45,631 nt of DNA. Source: a virus. Shown piece by piece: positions 1-6,163 of this stretch. The DNA lies in IMG/VR virus record IMGVR_UViG_3300046739_000207, positions 1 through 45,631 of that record; one strand, given 5' to 3'. The notes beneath the pieces were generated by a model. It had not been told where the DNA came from. It worked only from the letters and a program-made list of their open reading frames with translations, and ran no database searches. Both the position numbers and the translations under genes were made by a program. Each line of letters begins with the position of its first letter. Within the stretch, counting starts at the first letter, position 1.

Positions 1-127
1 TGGTATTGGTTTTTGGCGAGAAATCACGGTACAAACCCTTTCAGGTTTGCCGCGAAGGATCATTGGTGGGAGGCCGGAGATCCGTGGGTTGTCTAAAACT
101 TAGTCTTATTTCTCTTTGGCGTCAAGG
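1..127. repeat. Terminal direct repeat, exact copy of 45505..45631. The genome is circular or terminally redundant, with 45,504 bp of unique sequence.
   Basis: Read directly. tggtattggtttttggcgag...ctctttggcgtcaagg occurs at both window ends. Bases 1..63 duplicate the 5' end of the minus-strand gene 45154..45567. Confidence 0.95.
46..87 (+). repeat. Left copy of a direct repeat: a 21-bp perfect core tgggaggccggagatccgtgg at 67..87, plus an imperfect 5' extension
   Basis: The core recurs exactly at 2783..2803. The extension tttgccgcgaaggatcattgg resembles tttgctgcgaagtatctagc at 2763..2782. This copy spans the start codon (63..61) and upstream spacer of the HNH-like gene. Confidence 0.9.
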
Positions 128-240
128 CACCTGAGCGCCTGTTTTAGTACCGCCGTCTGGGTAATCCCCAGTTTCCTTACAAGTCTCTTGATGATGCGCA
201 AGTCCTCTTTATTGGCCCTGAAATTTATTTGCTTGCTCAT
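106..240 (-). CDS. Ribbon-helix-helix (CopG/Arc/Mnt-type) DNA-binding regulator, leftward arm
   Basis: ORF 106..309 trimmed to the internal ATG at 240: MSKQINFRANKEDLRIIKRLVRKLGITQTAVLKQALRCLDAKEK. It shows the beta-strand plus two-helix RHH pattern. By eye it is about 38% identical to the RHH core of 327..611. There is no SD, which fits a near-leaderless mRNA from the predicted leftward promoter. Confidence 0.6.
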   Translation of the reverse strand: MSKQINFRANKEDLRIIKRLVRKLGITQTAVLKQALRCLDAKEK

Positions 241-241
241 C

Positions 242-283
242 TTGACAATGGTATAGCACTTGATATAAAGCTTTGCAAGCTTT
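242..283. promoter_or_regulatory. Interleaved divergent sigma70-like promoters plus a 17-bp near-palindromic operator candidate
   Basis: Rightward promoter: TTGACA 242-247, 16-nt spacer, TATAAA 264-269. Leftward promoter (minus strand): TTGCAA 278-273, 17-nt spacer, TATACC 255-250, ending 9 nt before the ATG at 240. The palindrome AAAGCTT-tgc-AAGCTTT at 267-283 overlaps the rightward -10 and the leftward -35. Confidence 0.45.
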
Positions 284-326
284 ATTTTTCTTAGCGTTTT
301 CCAATTCATACTCTGGAGGAGCTTTT

Positions 327-611
327 ATGGCAGTCATACTCGCAACTTATCCGCACGTCCACGAAAGAAAAAATCAAGTCGTTGAAAACACAACGAAAAA
401 ACCTGTTGCATCTGTTAGGCACTCAGGTGTACTCTGTCACCCGATGGCAAAGAACAAACCAAAACCGGAAAAGATTCAGATCAGGCCCACAGACGAAGAT
501 TTCGCCATTATTGAGGCTGGCAAGAAGAAACACGGCCTCGACCAAACCCAGATCATCCGAATGGCCCTCCGTAGACTGGCAGAGGCCGACAATCTAAAGG
601 TAGCGGGCTAA
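327..611 (+). CDS. Ribbon-helix-helix (CopG/Arc-type) DNA-binding regulator, rightward arm
   Basis: ORF 273..611 trimmed to the ATG at 327, which follows GGAGGA (315-320). The C-terminal KIQIRPTDEDFAIIEAGKKKHGLDQTQIIRMALRRLAEA is an RHH motif. Confidence 0.6.
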   Translation: MAVILATYPHVHERKNQVVENTTKKPVASVRHSGVLCHPMAKNKPKPEKIQIRPTDEDFAIIEAGKKKHGLDQTQIIRMALRRLAEADNLKVAG

Positions 612-622
612 AGGACTTAGCA

Positions 623-1093
623 ATGCTGGGCAGAGAACAAAACACGTCTGTAGGTTCTGATAATACAACAGATATTATGATGAATGGCCACGTCCGCCAT
701 TCCTACCCGCCTAACCTAAGGGAATTCCAATCTTCTGCTTTCAGAAAAGTTGCAAATCTTTACGCATACTTAACTACCTTAGGCCGTACCATCCCTGCCC
801 TAGTTGCTAAGTGGATGCTGGCCATGGCCGCCCCTCTTCGCCGTATTGTTGCGCGGGAATTAGAAATCCTGAACCCGAGGCCGAAATACTACATTTACAG
901 CCTGCTAGACACGCTGGAATGTGGTCACGCTCAAAGTGTGTACCTGTTTAACGGCCTCTTAGACCTTCTTAACGCCTACACCGAAAACCGAGCAGTCAAA
1001 GCACGGAGACACCGTTGTGTCCCTTGTGCTTCCCTGCTTGCCAAAAAGAAACCGCAGTCGGTTCCCTTACCCGCCGTTGCAGCGACGGCTTAA
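623..1093 (+). CDS. Hypothetical protein (156 aa)
   Basis: ORF with an AAGGA-like SD, in the same orientation and tightly spaced with its neighbours. No motif recognised. Confidence 0.5.
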   Translation: MLGREQNTSVGSDNTTDIMMNGHVRHSYPPNLREFQSSAFRKVANLYAYLTTLGRTIPALVAKWMLAMAAPLRRIVARELEILNPRPKYYIYSLLDTLECGHAQSVYLFNGLLDLLNAYTENRAVKARRHRCVPCASLLAKKKPQSVPLPAVAATA

Positions 1094-1142
1094 ACCTTAA
1101 CCGGGGCCGGGAAACTGGCCCCTTAGCCTTCAGAGGGTACGA

Positions 1143-1958
1143 ATGTCTCAAGAAATTCCAGTCCATCCGGCAGCTCTACTTTTCCCGATGATGGTTCCCG
1201 AAGACCTAGGCAATCTTGCCGATGATATTGCCGCCAATGGCTTGATGGAGCCAGTCGTTCTCTACCACGGACAAGTACTGGATGGGCGCAACCGGCTAGC
1301 AGCCTGCGAAATGGCGAGTATTGAGCCGCGATTCGTGGAAGTTGATGGCGAACTTCCTTCCGCAACTATCTATGTGCTTTCCAAGAATCTTCACCGCCGG
1401 CATTTGACCACGAGCCAACGGGCTGCTGTGGCCGCTGAAGTTGTTCCATTACTTCAAGAGGAAGCCCACTCTAGGCAATTGTCAGGACTTAAAAATCAAC
1501 AACATACCTCGTCAGCACTAAAACGTGCTGACGACAATCATGGGAAAACTTCAGTACTTGCAGCCAAGGCCATGCAGGTCGGGAGTACGGCGGTCGATAA
1601 AGCGCTCCAAGTGAAAAGGGAAGCTCCTGAGGTATTTGAACAGGTGAAGCGTGGCGAAGTTAATTTGCACGCAGCCAACAGAGCACTGCCCAGCAAGCGC
1701 AAAGCCGATCCTGGAGCTGCATACGAACCGAAAACTGACCACCAAAAGAAACGGGCAGTCATACAGAAAGAACGCATGATCTCCGCGTTGTCCAACGTTA
1801 CTGGCCTCTGCCGTGGACTGGCAGACGAATTAGACCTGCCTATGGCGCTCTCCGTATGCAGTAAAGAAGACAGAGACATGGTGATTGACCGCGCCCATGA
1901 ATCCGCAAAACACCTTCGGGCCTTCATCGCCAAAATCGAAAGGACAGACAATGCCTAG
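1143..1958 (+). CDS. ParB/Srx-fold N-terminal domain protein (ParB-like nuclease/NTPase domain)
   Basis: The N-terminus ...IPVHPAALLFPMM...LADDIAANGLMEPVVLYHGQVLDGRNRLAACE... matches the ParBc pattern (conserved D-G-x-x-R box), followed by LSKNLHRRHLTTSQRA. GAGGG SD precedes the start. Confidence 0.7.
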   Translation: MSQEIPVHPAALLFPMMVPEDLGNLADDIAANGLMEPVVLYHGQVLDGRNRLAACEMASIEPRFVEVDGELPSATIYVLSKNLHRRHLTTSQRAAVAAEVVPLLQEEAHSRQLSGLKNQQHTSSALKRADDNHGKTSVLAAKAMQVGSTAVDKALQVKREAPEVFEQVKRGEVNLHAANRALPSKRKADPGAAYEPKTDHQKKRAVIQKERMISALSNVTGLCRGLADELDLPMALSVCSKEDRDMVIDRAHESAKHLRAFIAKIERTDNA

Positions 1959-2757
1959 TCCTGCAAAGCTTGCCAAGATGGGCAAGCCTACATCCAAAAT
2001 GCTTCGCGTTCGTGCTGATACCTTGCAGCCTCATCCCATGGCGCAGCGTGAACTTGTGCCTTCGCGCCTGCGGAAGTTGAACGCCTCGCTCGATCTGGAC
2101 GCTATCGGCGTTCTGCACGTTGTCCAGTATGCCATCAAAGGCAAAACAGCTATGTGGATTGTTGACGGTCAACACCGCTGGCGTTCTTTGATGGACAACG
2201 GCTTTGGCGAATGGGAAGTAGAACTAAAACTACATTCTGATGTGACCGATGACGCTGGGGCTTCCGCTCTCTTCTTGAAGCTGAATGACCGTTCGCCCGT
2301 CAGCCCTTATGACAAATTTCTGAATCGACTCATGGCGAAAGAAGACGACGCTATCAGCATCAATGACATCGTGCTCAAGCACAAAATGAAGATTTCCCGC
2401 AGTGCTGCGGATGGTCACATTGTCGGCATCGGAGCACTGGAAAAGACCTACCGTCTGGACGAAGGCGAAGCACTGGACAAGACCTTGGGGCTCATCACGG
2501 AAGCCTGGGGATTGCGTTCAATTGATGCCAAGGTAATTGAAGGTCTTGGGCTGGTTTGTGCGCGGTACAACGGAACGCTTGAGTACCCGGCATTCGTCAG
2601 AAAACTATCGAAGTACCCCGGCACAGCTACAGGGCTAGTCGGCGATGCGCGCAAGCTAATGGACTTTCGCAAAGTAGCGCTATCTCGTGCCATTGGTGAA
2701 CTTGCAATCGGACTTTACAACAAGGGCCGAAGCTCTGGAAAGCTGGACCCTCTGTGA
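1951..2757 (+). CDS. DGQHR-motif ParB/Srx-superfamily protein (DndB-like family)
   Basis: ORF 1885..2757 trimmed to the ATG at 1951 (AAGGA SD, 8-nt overlap with the upstream stop). Key motif: LRVRADTLQPHPMAQRE...AMWIVDGQHRWRSL, containing a literal DGQHR. Confidence 0.65.
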   Translation: MPSPAKLAKMGKPTSKMLRVRADTLQPHPMAQRELVPSRLRKLNASLDLDAIGVLHVVQYAIKGKTAMWIVDGQHRWRSLMDNGFGEWEVELKLHSDVTDDAGASALFLKLNDRSPVSPYDKFLNRLMAKEDDAISINDIVLKHKMKISRSAADGHIVGIGALEKTYRLDEGEALDKTLGLITEAWGLRSIDAKVIEGLGLVCARYNGTLEYPAFVRKLSKYPGTATGLVGDARKLMDFRKVALSRAIGELAIGLYNKGRSSGKLDPL

Positions 2758-3155
2758 ACACATTTGCTGCGAAGTATCTAGCTGGGAGGCCGGAGATCCG
2801 TGGCGAATCTGGGCGATCACTCGGGTGGGGTGGTCGCCTGGAAAGTTTAAAAGTTCCTGTCCGAGATTTCGATTACCAGCACTTAGCTCAGTGGGCCGAG
2901 TGCCAAAAAGTTCCAAAGTTTGCCGGCAAAGCGGAACTGACCGCTAGCGATTCCTGCGGGCTTGCGGGGTGCGGGTGCCGTTCGACTCGGCGTCCGGGTC
3001 GTTTCAGTCTGCTGGCGAACCTGCGCTGGTCCGGGTTAGTGGCCAGCACAATTTTCACCTTGCCGGAACCCCTCCGTGCAACTCCGGCAAATCTGAGGGT
3101 AGCCCCGTCGAGCTGCCCTCAGTCTTTCATCTTCCGAATTGGAAAGTTTTTGTAG
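2754..3155 (+). CDS. Doubtful hypothetical ORF (133 aa, GTG start overlapping the upstream stop as GTGA). This is the alternative reading of the structured region.
   Basis: The ORF is open, but its translation is Arg/Gly-rich and low-complexity in the C-terminal half. All three plus frames are largely open here, and strong hairpins lie inside it. Confidence 0.25.
   Translation: MNTFAAKYLAGRPEIRGESGRSLGWGGRLESLKVPVRDFDYQHLAQWAECQKVPKFAGKAELTASDSCGLAGCGCRSTRRPGRFSLLANLRWSGLVASTIFTLPEPLRATPANLRVAPSSCPQSFIFRIGKFL
2763..2803 (+). repeat. Right copy of the direct repeat (21-bp perfect core at 2783..2803)
   Basis: Exact 21-mer match to 67..87, lying immediately after the stop codon of the DGQHR gene (2755..2757). 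Confidence 0.9.
2804..3150 (+). ncRNA. Candidate structured RNA or cis-acting DNA element (hairpin-dense region)
   Basis: Hairpins and motifs read directly. (1) GGCGATCA 2812-2819 pairs with TGGTCGCC 2831-2838. (2) GTTCC 2910-2914 pairs with GGAAC 2933-2937, enclosing the perfect palindrome TTTGCCGGCAAA at 2919-2930. (3) Three tandem TGCGGG units lie at 2955-2975. (4) TTGCCGGA 3060-3067 pairs with TCCGGCAA 3083-3090. (5) CTGAGGG 3093-3099 pairs with CCCTCAG 3116-3122. (6) A small hairpin plus T-run lies at 3131-3151. Confidence 0.3.
3131..3151 (+). terminator. Weak intrinsic-terminator-like hairpin plus T5
   Basis: In cttccgaattggaaagttttt, TTCC pairs with GGAA (4-5 bp stem), followed by TTTTT. 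The short stem makes this weak. Confidence 0.25.
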
Positions 3156-3206
3156 CAGGCATCGGTTTTTGGGCTGTGATTTACAGACTTTGGAAATGAG
3201 GACGCC

Positions 3207-3353
3207 ATGGATGAACTGGCTAAAACCTGCTTAGAGATTCTGCTCTCGCCCTACCCTGAGCAGCATGACGGCTCAACCATAACCGAGATCGAAGCAGCAG
3301 TTTTACGGGCAGAGATTCACGCTGCTGGAAAGAAGGCCGACCGTGATTTGTGA
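3207..3353 (+). CDS. Small hypothetical protein (48 aa, below the ORF-track cutoff)
   Basis: ATG at 3207 follows GAGGAC. Translation: MDELAKTCLEILLSPYPEQHDGSTITEIEAAVLRAEIHAAGKKADRDL. Confidence 0.45.
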   Translation: MDELAKTCLEILLSPYPEQHDGSTITEIEAAVLRAEIHAAGKKADRDL

Positions 3354-3519
3354 AGACTGCCACAAGCCTCTGGGCGATTACCCGTATTCACGCGCTTACA
3401 CCTGCTCAGAGTGTCTATCAACTCTTTGCTTCGATTGCCATGAAGCACATGAGCAGAACGCTCACAGCTCAGATTCGAAACTTTCCGCAGAGCTGGCCTC
3501 TGCACAGAGGATTGCATGA
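3343..3519 (+). CDS. Small zinc-finger protein (58 aa, GTG start)
   Basis: Translation: (M)ICEDCHKPLGDYPYSRAYTCSECLSTLCFDCHEAHEQNAH..., with the pattern CxxC...CxxC...CxxCH. SD GAAAGAAGG lies 6 nt upstream. The stop overlaps the next ATG as ATGA. Confidence 0.5.
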   Translation: MICEDCHKPLGDYPYSRAYTCSECLSTLCFDCHEAHEQNAHSSDSKLSAELASAQRIA

Positions 3520-3860
3520 GCAAACTTAATCCGAATGCGCAGAAATGGGTTGACGCCCTGCGAAGCAGAAAATATCAGCAGGCGCGGTGCAATCTTAGAA
3601 ATGGCGATTCATTCTGCTGTCTAGGCGTGGCGTGCGACATATCTGGGATTGGAACCTGGACCGAATCCGGATACACCATCAACCATTACGGAAATAATAA
3701 GTTACTACCGAAGAAAGTCAGGAATTGGCTGGGACTTAAAGACACTTCTGGTTCTTATGGTACAACGCATCTCGCATGGGAAAACGATTATGGAAAAACT
3801 TTCGAGCAAATCGCTGACGTGATCGAAGCCTACGCCGACGAACTTGGAGTGAGCGCATGA
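3516..3860 (+). CDS. Conserved-looking hypothetical phage protein (114 aa)
   Basis: ORF with ATGA coupling at both ends. Contains CCLGVACD and NDYGKTFEQIADVIE motifs. No family assigned. Confidence 0.6.
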   Translation: MSKLNPNAQKWVDALRSRKYQQARCNLRNGDSFCCLGVACDISGIGTWTESGYTINHYGNNKLLPKKVRNWLGLKDTSGSYGTTHLAWENDYGKTFEQIADVIEAYADELGVSA

Positions 3861-4015
3861 ATCTCCCCAGCATCCAACGTGCAGCCTTTCAAGAAACCAG
3901 AGAGCGCAAAGAGTTCCGCGAAGAGAAGCAGGAACCACGCTGGCCGCTGGCTATCTTGGCAGTTCTCTTCGGGACCGCAGTCTGGGTATACGGCAAACTT
4001 TTTGGAGCCTGGTAG
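3857..4015 (+). CDS. Small membrane protein (52 aa)
   Basis: ATGA overlap with the upstream gene. The C-terminal WPLAILAVLFGTAVWVYGKLFGAW looks like a TM helix. The stop TAG abuts the next ATG. Confidence 0.45.
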   Translation: MNLPSIQRAAFQETRERKEFREEKQEPRWPLAILAVLFGTAVWVYGKLFGAW

Positions 4016-4249
4016 ATGAAAGTTTCAATTGAGTTTTGCATATGGCTGCAGCGGAACTTTGATGCGGTGATTGAGCATCTGCCCGAATGGCACGAAGGCA
4101 AGCCGGAGCCTACGCTCCCGGTGCCTATAGCTGTCCCGGCAGTGAGGCCTCCCGCAATGGAGATTGAGACCGAGCAATTTCGCAGACTCATTGAGGCCAT
4201 GAATAAATCAAACGAGGCTGATCGGAAGAAATCACGGTGGCCATTTTGA
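4016..4249 (+). CDS. Hypothetical protein (77 aa)
   Basis: ORF in the operon with an abutting start. Confidence 0.5.
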   Translation: MKVSIEFCIWLQRNFDAVIEHLPEWHEGKPEPTLPVPIAVPAVRPPAMEIETEQFRRLIEAMNKSNEADRKKSRWPF

Positions 4250-4398
4250 TCGACCTTCGCAGTAACACGATTAGATGGTTGTGCCAAACCATCAGCGAGT
4301 TGCAGAAGCGTAATTGGCAGCTTGAACAGGAGAATGCCAGATTGAAAAAGAATGCCAAAATAAGGCAGCAGCCGAAAACAATGGCGGCGAAGGCATGA
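4246..4398 (+). CDS. Small coiled-coil protein (50 aa, TTG start)
   Basis: TTGA overlap with the upstream stop and ATGA overlap downstream. Translation: ...ISELQKRNWQLEQENARLKKNAKIRQQ. Confidence 0.35.
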   Translation: MIDLRSNTIRWLCQTISELQKRNWQLEQENARLKKNAKIRQQPKTMAAKA

Positions 4399-4658
4399 AC
4401 AATCCTTACGCGGTACAAACCGTTAAATGTGCTGGCCCTGGATGTGAGCACGTGCGAAAGGACTGTAACCACTGGTTCGTTATCAAGCACCCTATGTCCA
4501 AGGCAGTTACTTCATTTCAGTGTGAGCCGCTAATTGAACCTAAGAACCTGCGCCCATGGAATAAGCCAGTATGCGGACAGGCATGTGCTCAGAAATTATT
4601 CGAGAAATGGATGTCAGATCAGGTTGTACCGCCCAGCGGAGAAAAGGAAGTTAAGTAA
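4395..4658 (+). CDS. Cys-rich hypothetical protein (87 aa)
   Basis: ORF containing KCAGPGCEH...CNHW...CGQACAQK. Confidence 0.55.
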   Translation: MNNPYAVQTVKCAGPGCEHVRKDCNHWFVIKHPMSKAVTSFQCEPLIEPKNLRPWNKPVCGQACAQKLFEKWMSDQVVPPSGEKEVK

Positions 4659-5411
4659 ATGGCAACGCAAATTGAGTTACCTACAGCAAAAGAGATGCAA
4701 GTACGCCAGCCTACGACGATGAGCTTGATGTTGCTAGCTCTTGAGACTGGCAAAGTAGAGCAGCTTCAGATTCTCCAGGAGATGCACTTCAAGGAATTGG
4801 CCCGCAGCGCCGAAGTCGAGTTCAATCTGGCCATGAATGCGGCCCAAACTGAGATTATCCGCGTGGTTCCTGATGCCTACAATCAGCAGACTAAGAGCAA
4901 ATGGGCAACTTACGCGGCCCTGGACAAGATGCTGAGACCAATCTACACAAAGCACAATTTCAGTCTGTCGTTCGACTCCGGGGAAAGTCCAGCCGAAACA
5001 GTGATCGCTCATTGTTACGTTTCCCACGGCGCCGGCCATACCCGCAAGTACCAGAGTCCTCCAATGCCATTGCCGACCATGGGAGCACAGGGTAAAGCCG
5101 TTATGACGGCTACTCATGGCACAGGCGCGGCGATGTCTTATGCCAAGAGATACCTGCTCACATTCATTTTCAACATTCCAGTAGGCGAGGATGATACAGA
5201 CGGCAACGGGCCCGGTCCACAGATGGATCAGGACGAACTGAAAGAGCGTCTCGCCCACTTCCCCAAGTGCGACTCATTTGAGGAGCTTGAGCAGCACTTC
5301 CGCGCCTCCTACATGGAAGCCAAGAAAGCCAAAGACCAGGGCGCACTGGATGCCGTAATCATGGCCAAGAATACCCGCAAGGAACAACTACGCAAAGCGG
5401 GTGCCCAATGA
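4659..5411 (+). CDS. ERF-family single-strand annealing protein (recombinase)
   Basis: GTGAAMSYAKRYLLTFIFNIPVGEDDTDGN matches the ERF signature (G-x-x-x-S/T-Y-A-x-R-Y followed by an acidic tail). It is paired with the exonuclease gene downstream. Confidence 0.65.
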   Translation: MATQIELPTAKEMQVRQPTTMSLMLLALETGKVEQLQILQEMHFKELARSAEVEFNLAMNAAQTEIIRVVPDAYNQQTKSKWATYAALDKMLRPIYTKHNFSLSFDSGESPAETVIAHCYVSHGAGHTRKYQSPPMPLPTMGAQGKAVMTATHGTGAAMSYAKRYLLTFIFNIPVGEDDTDGNGPGPQMDQDELKERLAHFPKCDSFEELEQHFRASYMEAKKAKDQGALDAVIMAKNTRKEQLRKAGAQ

Positions 5412-6151
5412 ATGTCCCTGGAATCTATTACCCGCAGCCGGAATGGTTCAAGGCCCGTCTTGGCCTGATAACCAGTTCCAAAGTCCACGATGCCATTACC
5501 TTGAGGCAGAAGGGTGGCACTCACGATCTGGCCGACCGCCGCAGGCTCAAAATGCAGCTAATTGCCGAGATGACTACGCGCCAAACTCCTGAGCACTACG
5601 TCTCCGCAGCAATGGACTGGGGCATTGAAAACGAGCCTAGGGCCAGAGCTGAATATGAATATCGTACCGGCCAGAACGTTGAACAACTTGGTTTGGTCAT
5701 GCACCCTAATAACCCTCGGGCCGCGGCTACAGCGGACGGCTGGGTAGCTCCTGAAGGCATTCTGGAGATTAAGTGTGCCGAAACCTACACCCATCTTGAG
5801 TATCTTGCCAGCAATGCCATTCCGAAAGAATATTTAGACCAAATCAACTGGCAAATGGCCTGTTGTGGGCCAGAAATCGCCTGGTGCGACTTCGTAAGCT
5901 TTGACCCAAGGATTGAGGCCGAAGAACTACAGTTGCTCGTTATACGGCATCAGCGAGACGAAAAACGCATTGCCGAGATGGAGTCCGCAGTAGACGACTT
6001 CCTTACCGAAACTATCCAGTTGTTTGAACAGATAAAGCGTGGCGCCAAATACCCGACAGTAGAAGCCAAGCTTCGCGAGAGCATCCGACAGGCCGGTAAG
6101 TACCCAGACTTTGACGCAGAACTTCAGATTACCGAACAGGACATCGCTTAG
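5408..6151 (+). CDS. YqaJ/lambda-Exo-like PD-(D/E)XK exonuclease
   Basis: ITSSKVHDA..., ENEPRARAEYE..., ADGWVAPEGILEIKC fit the D...E-x-K YqaJ pattern. ATGA overlap with the ERF gene. Confidence 0.7.
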   Translation: MNVPGIYYPQPEWFKARLGLITSSKVHDAITLRQKGGTHDLADRRRLKMQLIAEMTTRQTPEHYVSAAMDWGIENEPRARAEYEYRTGQNVEQLGLVMHPNNPRAAATADGWVAPEGILEIKCAETYTHLEYLASNAIPKEYLDQINWQMACCGPEIAWCDFVSFDPRIEAEELQLLVIRHQRDEKRIAEMESAVDDFLTETIQLFEQIKRGAKYPTVEAKLRESIRQAGKYPDFDAELQITEQDIA

Positions 6152-6163
6152 AGGGACAGAGAA

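Noticed and set aside
1-127. The terminal repeat as a biologically meaningful DTR or cos-type end.
   Set aside because: This cannot be decided from sequence alone. An exact overlap of this length is also what assemblers leave on circular contigs, and a gene reads straight through it. I treat it only as evidence of closure.
106-611. Longest-ORF starts for the two RHH genes (309 for the minus gene, 273 for the plus gene).
   Set aside because: Both extensions would run through the shared promoter/operator spacer and lack SDs. The ATG at 327 has a GGAGGA SD, and the ATG at 240 gives a canonical RHH-sized protein.
1143-2757. The ParB-like genes as a plasmid-prophage partition system (ParABS).
   Set aside because: No ParA/Walker-type partition ATPase ORF is present, and neither protein shows an obvious ParB HTH plus dimerisation C-terminus. 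Partition cannot be excluded, but it is less well supported than a nuclease, NTPase or modification-associated role.
2884-2999. tRNA-like fragments: tagctcagtggg (D-loop-like, about 2884-2895) and a T-arm-like tgccg-TTCGACT-cggcg (2976-2992) followed by tccgggt. These could have been a tRNA gene or a tRNA-derived attP core.
   Set aside because: The two elements are about 90 nt apart, which is too far even for a class II tRNA. No 5' acceptor strand complementary to tccgggt exists upstream. Position 72 would be U, which is atypical. No anticodon arm can be drawn, and the genome has no integrase. tRNAscan-SE or ARAGORN would settle this.
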